Part shown: positions 42,871 to 50,532 of the stretch, in pieces
How the letters are laid out: each line of letters begins with the position of its first letter
How positions within the stretch are numbered: position 1 is the stretch's first letter
From: an uncultured Chloroflexia bacterium
GTDB lineage: Bacteria; Chloroflexota; Chloroflexia; Thermomicrobiales; CFX8
Assembly (NCBI GenBank): GCA_963763325.1
Contig: CAVXOL010000014.1
Location: forward strand, 57,793 to 121,792
Reading direction: 5' to 3'
Length of the DNA stretch: 64,000 nt
Notes under the pieces: generated by a model
Seen by the model: only the letters and a program-made list of their open reading frames with translations
Database searches by the model: none
What the model was told of the DNA's origin: nothing
Translations under genes and position numbers: made by a program

Positions 42871-43641
42871 ATGTTTGACCACCGCCGATGCATGTCCCGG
42901 TCGTTGGTGCTCGCGGTGGCAGCGATCGTCCTCGCTGGTCCGGCCGCAATCATAGCTCCCCATTTCGCGTTCGCTGCCTGTTGCAGCAACTGTTATGGGA
43001 CCGCTTACTGGTACGGGAATGTGACCGGTGCGGATGCTCGCATCAGAGTTAACAATACGATGTCAGCAACAAGCTCGAACACCAACTACCATGTTGGCAA
43101 CACGCTGTGGGTAACCGACACTGACACCGGCAGTCAAACCTGTTGGACAGGGACCCTGCACGTAAACATCGGATGGGTCGAGATCGGTTACGAAGCACGA
43201 AACAATAGCTACATCTTCTACTCAGCAGATTGTGCCCCTAACGGCTCATTCGCCAGATGGCCTCTGGCCGCCGTCCAATCAACGGACTACAACGCGGCCA
43301 ACTACTTCGAAATCTTTGACGCCGGCACTAACCACTGGTACACAAGCGTGACAGCCGACAGCGGCCTGTACGATCAGAACCTGTACAGCAACAACATGCT
43401 GCCGAACATGATCGAGATTGGCATTGAGGCAGCAGGAGATTCACTGCACGCGGACGTTGCGTACGTCACCAACAATCGCTACATCCACGGGCCGAACCGC
43501 TATTACCAATTCGGACACAATAGCAGCAACAAGAACGTGATGGGGTCCCAGCGGCTGGGACTCCGGATGCGTCACGTTGGATCACCGTTCCGGCTCCCGG
43601 AAACAATGGTGGAAATTGGAGACAGTGCATGCGCCTGCTAG
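42871..43641 (+). CDS. Secreted Cys-flanked beta-rich protein, possibly neprosin/glutamic-peptidase-like
   Basis: Signal peptide ending AFA; mature start 'ACCSNCYG'; 'NTLWV', 'GWVEIGY', 'MIEIGIEA'; ends 'ACAC*'; Asn/Tyr-rich; probable compensating indels near the C-terminus. Confidence 0.7.
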   Translation: MFDHRRCMSRSLVLAVAAIVLAGPAAIIAPHFAFAACCSNCYGTAYWYGNVTGADARIRVNNTMSATSSNTNYHVGNTLWVTDTDTGSQTCWTGTLHVNIGWVEIGYEARNNSYIFYSADCAPNGSFARWPLAAVQSTDYNAANYFEIFDAGTNHWYTSVTADSGLYDQNLYSNNMLPNMIEIGIEAAGDSLHADVAYVTNNRYIHGPNRYYQFGHNSSNKNVMGSQRLGLRMRHVGSPFRLPETMVEIGDSACAC

Positions 43642-43670
43642 CAAGGCTAGCAGGCGCATGCACTGTCTCC
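43618..43670. repeat. Perfect 25-bp inverted repeat, 3-nt loop, spanning the stop codon
   Basis: GGAGACAGTGCATGCGCCTGCTAGC-AAG-GCTAGCAGGCGCATGCACTGTCTCC, followed directly by the RBS GAGGAGG. Confidence 0.95.
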
Positions 43671-43682
43671 GAGGAGGGCTCA

Positions 43683-44255
43683 ATGAAGCGTTCAACGAGT
43701 GTGATCATAATAGGTGTCGGCGGCTTGACCATCGCTGGACTGATGGCGCTTGCGTCTGGTGATCGACTCTCAGGCGGAGCGGATGTCATTGCAGGTGATC
43801 TGAACCAGCCGACACCAACGGTTGAGGGTGGAGTTCCTCTGCAGCCGTCTGATTTGCCGCGGACGGATACAAACGCTCCGGGAATCGAGGCCATTCCTGT
43901 CTCGAATCCACTAAACGGCGACGTCCCCGCCTTCACCGAGGATGCTGTCCGAGCGTATCTGGATGCGAACCCCCCAGTCGGCTGGGATACGACAACGCCT
44001 CAACCAGAGATCATCAACATCCGGTTCATCTCCACTGAGGAGGCTGAAGCCATTGTCGATCACTCGATCCCACGAAAGCCGGGCGACCTGCTCTGCATTG
44101 CAACTGTCCGAGGAACATTCGTCTCGGAACTGCCTCCCAGCATGGCAGCAGCCGCGAAGACAGACGGAGATGCTCCTCAATCGACACTCGTCATGATCTT
44201 TGACGCCAAAACAGGCAACCTGTTCGGCGAGGTCTTTCTCCGAGAACCGCAGTAA
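43683..44255 (+). CDS. N-terminally anchored or exported hypothetical protein with a PepSY-like C-terminal strand
   Basis: RBS GAGGAGG; TM/signal 'VIIIGVGGLTIAGLMALA'; Pro-rich linker; 'AFTEDAVRAYL..IRFISTEEA..LLCIATVRGTF..MIFDAKTGNL'. Confidence 0.75.
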   Translation: MKRSTSVIIIGVGGLTIAGLMALASGDRLSGGADVIAGDLNQPTPTVEGGVPLQPSDLPRTDTNAPGIEAIPVSNPLNGDVPAFTEDAVRAYLDANPPVGWDTTTPQPEIINIRFISTEEAEAIVDHSIPRKPGDLLCIATVRGTFVSELPPSMAAAAKTDGDAPQSTLVMIFDAKTGNLFGEVFLREPQ

Positions 44256-44293
44256 TCCATCAGAGCTGTCGTGGCATATCATTACTGCGTATT

Positions 44294-44341
44294 CCCCAGG
44301 GTGTCCATCACTCCACGAGGAGTTGACGACCCTGGGGTTTT
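44294..44341 (+). terminator. Intrinsic terminator-like hairpin with U-tract
   Basis: CCCCAGGGT..ACTCC-ACGA-GGAGT..ACCCTGGGG-TTTT. Confidence 0.65.
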
Positions 44342-44361
44342 GATTTGCCTATATCGATTGC

Positions 44362-45355
44362 TCAGGTTCCGTTGCCGATAGACTCACCCAGGCTGCGCGT
44401 CCTACCGAAACGGCACTCCTGCTCTACATGACGAGCAAGTCCATCGAACACATTCTCGTTACTGGGGAAATGTTCGCGCTCGGAACTTGAGGAAGATCGA
44501 ACGATCCGCTCGGCCCCGGTGTAGATGTTGAACCCATCCTCGCCGACAAACCCGGCCAGCGTCATGTTGAACGACTCGGCCAGTCGAGACAGCCAGGCTG
44601 CTCGGCGCGCCGACGGCGGCGACGAGCGGGATCTGGGCGACGAGCGCCTTCTGGAGCAGCTCGAAGCTGGCGCGGCCACTGAGCAGCAGCAGGCAGCTGT
44701 CGAGCGGGCAGTTGCCCGGCCATCAGGCGCGCGCCGATCAGCTTGTCGAGCGCGTTGTGGCGGCCGACATCCTCGTGCAGCAGCAGCAGGTTGCCGTCGA
44801 GGTCGAACAGACCGGCGGCGTGCAGGCCGCCGGTCTGCTCGAAGACCTCCTGCGAGCGGCGCAGTGTGGCTGGGAGTGAGCGGATCACTGGGCGGATCGA
44901 CGGTCGGGCCGGGCGGCAGACGGCGAGCAGCCCTGCATTTCCAGCGCCTCCAGCGCCGCCTTGCCGCAGATGCCGCAACTGGAGGTCGTGTAGAAGTGGC
45001 GTTCGAGCCGGGCGAGGTCAGCGGCAGGCCGGGCCGCAGCGTGACGGTCACGATGTTGAACATCTGCGGCTCGTCTTCGTCGATGCACTAGGAGACATCG
45101 ACGAGATCCTCGCGGCTGGTGACGATGCCTTCGCCGTAGCAGGAAGCCGGCAGCCAGTTCGAAGTCGTCGCCGGGGGTGCGCATCGTGACGGCGATGCTC
45201 TCGCGCTGCTCCTGACGCCGTCCTCCCCCCAGAGCAGCCGGATCTCCAGCGGCTCCTCGCCGGCCAGCGTGTCCCAGTCGTCGGCCCAGCCGCCGTCGCG
45301 GACGCGGACGACATCCGCCGCTCGACCTGGGCGGACGGCTCAGGAACAGCACCAC
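44362..45355 (-). CDS. fdhD: Formate dehydrogenase accessory sulfurtransferase; frameshifts and an in-frame TAG at 45088-45090
   Basis: 'EEPLEIR', '[16 protein letters not shown]', '[10 protein letters not shown]', '[13 protein letters not shown]', '[14 protein letters not shown]', 'TLAGFV..FNIY'. Confidence 0.92.
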
Positions 45356-46331
45356 CGCTCCGTCCGGCTCGCGTCAGCGCGGTTCTGGACGATACTGCCA
45401 GCCGAAGCGGCCCTTGACGCAGAGGTTGCCGACCGTGACGCTCGTGGTCGTGCGGCGAGGTCACCTGCACGATCTGGTTGTCCTGGACATGCAGCCGCAG
45501 GGTGCAGCCGACGCCGCAGTAGGGGCAGATCGTGTCGGTCGTCGTCTGCCGCTCCTCGTCCCAGCTTGCCTTCCTGCGCGCAGCTCGTACTCGGTCGCGA
45601 ACATCAGCGCGCCGGTCGGGCAGACGCTCGATGCAGTTGCCGCAGTAGACGCAGGCCGAATCGGGCAGCCAGGTGTCGAACTCGGTCGAGATCCGCGCGT
45701 CGAACCCACGCCCGGCAATCGAGATCGCGAAGGTGTTCTGGTGGTCGGTCCCGCAGGCTTCGACGCACTTGTAGCAGAGGATGCAGCGCGAGTAGTCGCG
45801 GACGTAGAGCTCATTGTCGATCTTCGGTGGCTGGAGGACGGTCGCGGCTATGCCATCGGGAGCCGGATGGTGATGGCCGGTATGAGCGTGGTCGCGCTCG
45901 CCGGGTTCAGCGGCTGGCATTGGCGGTCCAAAGCGTGCTGGCTGGGCGTCGTAGCGACCAAAATACTCCTGCGTCTCAGCCGGTGCGTAGGAGAAATCGA
46001 CCGACGAGCCGAGCAGCTCCAGCACCAGCTTGCGGCTGTGCTGCACCCGCTCGCTGTCGGTCACGATCTCCATCCCCGGCTCGACCTTGCGCGAGCAGGC
46101 CGGAACGAGCGTCCGCGACCCCACCATCTCGACGACGCAAACGCGGCAGGCGTTCACCGGCGTCAGGGTGTCGCCGTAGCACAGGACCGGCGTGTCGATG
46201 CCAAGCTCGCGGCAGGCGTCGAGGATCGTCGTCCCCTCCGGGACGCTGACCGTCCTGGCCGTCAATCGTCAACTCGACCATCCGCGTCAGCCGCGTCCGC
46301 CGGACTGGTGTAAGGGTATCGTCGTTGTCAT
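45340..46331 (-). CDS. Fe-S subunit (2Fe-2S, 2x4Fe-4S and Molybdop_Fe4S4), equivalent to the FdsA/NuoG N-terminus
   Basis: 'GTTILDAC..PVLC..ACRVCVV..VPAC', 'CILCYKCVEAC', 'CVYCGNCIE.CP', 'TICPYCGVGC..NLCVKGRFG'; ATGA overlap with the upstream gene; 3' end approximate. Confidence 0.9.
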
Positions 46332-48309
46332 GACACGTTCCCGTTCTGGAAGAGGTGGAGCTTGACGATCGCCGACTGGATCGCGTTGGCCGCCGTATGG
46401 CCGAGGCCGCAGATCGACGCATCGCGCATGACGAGGCCGAGATCGTCGATCAGCCGCAGCTCGCCGGTGACCGACTCCAACGGCTTCCCATGCACCAGCC
46501 GCCGCAGCGCTTCCTCCTGCCGTACTGTCCCAACCCGGCACGGCACGCACTGCCCGCACGACTCGTCGCGGAAGAAGGCGGCGATTCGCAAGAGGATATC
46601 CGGCATGTCGGCCGTGTCATCGAAGACCATGATGACGCCGGAGCCGAGCGAGCCGCCGATCGCCCGCGTCCCCTCGAAGGTCAGCGGAACGTCGATCTCG
46701 TCGGGGGTAATGAACGTCCCGGCCGCGCCGCCCAGCAGGATCGTCTGGATCGGCCGTCCTCCCGGCACGCCGCCGGCCATCTCCAGCAGCTCGCGCAGCG
46801 TCACCCCGAACGGCGCCTCGTAGATACCTGGACGCTCGACCGCGCCGGAGAGGCAGAATAGCTTCGGTCCGGTCGAGCCTTCCGTCCCAATCGCCGCGTA
46901 GGCCACGCCACCTTCCAGCACGATGTCGGGAAAGTTGACGAGCGTCTCGACGTTGTTGACCAGCGTCGGAACGCCGAACAGCCCGGCCTGCGTCGGGTAG
47001 GGCGGCTTATTGCGCGGCTCACCCCGGTAGCCCTCGATCGAGTTGAAGAGCGCCGTCTCCTCGCCGCAGATGTAGGCGCCAGCGCCGACGCGCAGCTCGA
47101 TCTCGAAGTCGAACCCCTCGCCCATGATGTTCTCGCCGAGGAACCCACGCCGCCGCGCACTCTCGATCGCGTTCTCAATCCGCGCCGTCGCGATCGGATA
47201 CTCGCCGCGTATATAGAGGAAGCCGCGCTCGCAACCTGCCGCATATCCGGCAATCGTCATCGCCTCGATGACGGCAAACGGGTCGCCCTCCATCAGGACA
47301 CGATCCTTGAAGGTTCCCGGCTCCGACTCGTCGGCGTTGCAGATCAGGTAATGGGGCCGAACCGGCGCCCGCGCAACATCCTCCAGCTTCCTGCCCGCCG
47401 GGAAGGCCGCCCCGCCGCGCCCCAGCAGCCGCGACTCCTGCACCTCGCGGATCACCCCCGCCGGCCCGATCCGCAACGCCTGCCGCAACGCCTCATAGCC
47501 GCCGCTGGCCCGGTACGCGTCGATGCTGGTCGGATCGACCCTCCCAACTCGACGTAATAACCGCAGGGTGTTGTCCGCGTCCAGCGACTGCGGGACGGAC
47601 TGGGAGCCGTTCAACTCTGGTTCAGGGAGCGGCTCGGGATCGGAGCGGAGAGCGGTGATGACGGTTTGGGCGTTGGTGTGGATGAGGGTGGTGTCCCAAA
47701 CCCCTCCCCAACCCCTCCCCTGAAAAGGGAGGGGCTTTGGATCACCCGGGAGCAAAAGCCCCTCCCTTTTCAGGGGAGGGGTTGGGGAGGGGTTTAGACC
47801 CACCAGCACGTTGAATGAGCACCACCGGCGCTGCCTCACACCGCCCCAGGCACGGGCTCGTCGTCCACGTCACATTGCCATCCAGCGCAGGCTCGCCAGC
47901 CTGGCCCGAGCTCCCGCTCCAGGTCAGCGCACAGCTCCAGCGCGCCCCGGCAGCGGCAGGCGATGTCGTCGCAGACGTGGGCGACGACCGGCGGGCGCGG
48001 TTCGAGCGCGAAGAGCGCGTAGAAGCTGGCCACACCATACGCCTCGGCGGGTGGGACATCCAGCCGCTGACAGATGTAGTTGAGACCACCCGGACTGATA
48101 TAGCCGGTCGCCGCCTGGGCCGCGTGGAGGGCCGGCAGCAGCAGATGCCGCTGGCCGCGCGACACGTGGCCGGTTGAATCGGCGTATCCCTCACGCGTCA
48201 TCGGCAGGACAGCGCCGCTCCAGCGCGTCGCAGGCGGGCCGAGCAACGCATCGAGCGCCAGTCGCTCGGCGTCGCTCGGAATGGCGCCGGGTATCAGTCG
48301 CAAGTCCAC
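46328..48309 (-). CDS. Fused NuoE-NuoF (FdsG-FdsB-like) NADH/FMN diaphorase subunit
   Basis: NuoE 'VASFYALF..VCDDIAC..PCLGRCEAAP'; NuoF 'LLGRGGAAFP', 'CNADESEPGTFKDR', 'GAYICGEETAL', 'NNVETL', 'ESCGQCVPCRVG', 'SICGLG'. Confidence 0.9.
47698..47795. repeat. REP/REPIN-like element: perfect 41-bp inverted repeat with a 16-nt spacer, inside the nuoE-nuoF linker
   Basis: AAACCCCTCCCCAACCCCTCCCCTGAAAAGGGAGGGGCTTT (47698-47738) and its exact reverse complement (47755-47795); each arm has its own internal palindrome. Confidence 0.92.
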
Positions 48310-48312
48310 TCG

Positions 48313-50269
48313 TCAGCTCTCCCCGCCAGGCACCCCGGCCAGTTCGCGTTCCTGTTTCGGAACGAGGGCCGGAGCGATCTTCTCAACCCGAATCGCAGCT
48401 GCCTTGAACTCAGCCGTGCCGGACTTCGGGTCAACCGCGTCAATCGTCAGGATGTTGGTCTGGATCTGGTCCTGGAAGTGGAACGTCATGAAGGCCAGGC
48501 CAGGCCGCAGTGTCGGATCGTAACGCACCGGCGCCTCGATCGCGCCACGCCGCGAGACGACACGGCCGATCTCGCCATCGGCGATGTCCAGCCGCAGCCC
48601 GTCTTCCGGATGCAGATCGAGCGACTCCGTCCGCCGCAGCGGCGAGGTGTAGCCGCCGGTCTGGACACCGGTGTTGAACGAATCCAGCCGCCGCCCGGTC
48701 GTCAGCCGGATCGGGAACTCGTCCGACAGCTCATCGACCGGCGGCGAGTGCTCGACGGCATGGAACGGCGCCAGCATCCCCTCGACCGGCTCCTCCCAGA
48801 GTCGCCCATGGAGGAACTGGCTGCCAGGATGATCTTCGGCCGGGCAGGGCCAGTGGAGACCCGCCCAGCTCTTCCAGCCGCTCGTAGCTCATCCCACGAT
48901 GCCACCACGAGAGCGAGCGCACCTCGTCCCAGACCTCCTCGGCCTTCGGCGTGCCCCAGTCACGCCCCATATGACGCGCGACGGCGGCGATGATCTCCAT
49001 GTCGTCGCGTGCGCCCTCGGGCGGATCGATCGCCTTCCGGACCCGCTGGACCCTCCGCTCGGAACTGGTCACCGTCCCTTCGGCCTCGCACCACGCGGCC
49101 GTCGCCGGCAGGACGACATCGGCCATCTCGGCCGTCTTCGTCAGGAAGATGTCCTGGACGACGAGATGGTCGAGCTTCTGCAGCCGCCCCAGTGTCAACC
49201 CCATATCGGCCTCCGACTGGGCCGGGTTCTCGCCGATGACGTAGAGCGTCGTCAACCCGCCGTGGTCGATCTGCTCGAACATCTCCGACAGGTGCCAGCC
49301 CTTGACCGGCGGGATCTCGCAGCCGTAGGCCACCTCGAAGTGCGAGCGGAACTCGGCCATCTCGAGGTCGTTGCCGCCCGGCAGCTTGTTCGGGATCGCG
49401 CCCATGTCGCCGCCACCCTGGACGTTGTTCTGCCCGCGCAGCGGCACCAGCCCGGAACCATAGCGCCCGACGTGGCCGGTCAGCAGCGCGAGGTTGATCA
49501 GCGCCAGCACGTTGTCGACCGCGTTATGGTGCTCGGTAATCCCCAGCGTCCAGCAGAGCTGCGCCCGGTCAGCCCGCGCGTAAGAGTGCGCCAGTTCGCG
49601 GATCATTTCTGCCGGAACGCCCGTCACTCGCTCGGCGTACTCCAGCGTGTATGGCTCGACGCCTTCCTTATAGAGATCGAACCCGCTCGTCGAGCGCTCG
49701 ATGAACGTCTGGTTCGTCAGCCCGGCCTGGATGATCTCGCGCCCGATCGCGTTCGCCAGCGCGACATCCGAGCCGACATCCAGCCCGAGCCAGCCATCAG
49801 CCCACTGCGCCGACCCCGTCCGGCGCGGATCGACGACGTAGAGGCGCGCGCCGTTGTGGACCCCCTTGAGCACGTGGTGGAAGAAGATCGGGTGTGTCTC
49901 GCGCGCGTTCGAGCCCCACAGGATAATCAGGTCCGTATCCTGCGCCTCCTGATATGAGCTGGTGCCGCCACCGGCTCCGAATACTGCCGTCAGACCGACG
50001 ACACTCGGAGCGTGTCAGGTGCGGTTACAGGAATCGACGTTGTTGGAGCCGATCACCTGCCGGGCAAACTTCTGGGCGAGGTAGTTGACCTCGTTGGTCG
50101 CCTTCGAGCAGGAGAACAACCCGAACGTCGTCGGGCCATGCTGCTCGACATTGCGCCGGAAGCCCTCGGCGGCACGTTCCAGCGCCTCGTCCCAACTCGC
50201 GGGACGTAGCGGCCCATCCTTTGTATCGCGGACCAGCGGTTGCGTCAGTCGCGTATAGCGCATCGCCAT
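48313..50269 (-). CDS. Selenocysteine-containing formate dehydrogenase catalytic (molybdopterin) subunit
   Basis: 'RLTQPLVR..ASWDEAL', 'SKATNEVNY', 'NNVDSCNRT-U(TGA)-HAPSV', 'WGSNARETHP', 'PLRGQNNVQG', 'QDIFLTKTA', 'LTTGR', 'DPKSGTAEFK'; RBS GGAGG. Confidence 0.93.
49985..50017 (-). promoter_or_regulatory. Sec UGA codon (50015-50017) and bacterial SECIS hairpin
   Basis: mRNA UGA-CACGCUCCGAG-UGUCGUC-GGUCU-GACGGCA: 11-nt spacing and GGUCU apical sequence as in the E. coli fdhF SECIS. Confidence 0.9.
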
Positions 50270-50532
50270 GCTGCTCCTCCTTCCAGTGCTGCACCCATGG
50301 ACCTGTCGTCTGGTGTGATCGAGGGGAACGACTCGACAGAATCCTGCGCGATCGTCTCAAGATGAGGATAACGCGATGCGAGCGACCTGCCAACCAGCAA
50401 CGCCACCATTCCGTCCAAATGGCCGTAACGCTCCATCGACAGCCAGTGCCGGAGCTTTCAGTTGGCGCAACATAGTGCGCTGTGTCAGAACCGTAGTCTG
50501 GCCACACACTGGCCAGGCAATGAGCTTGACGA

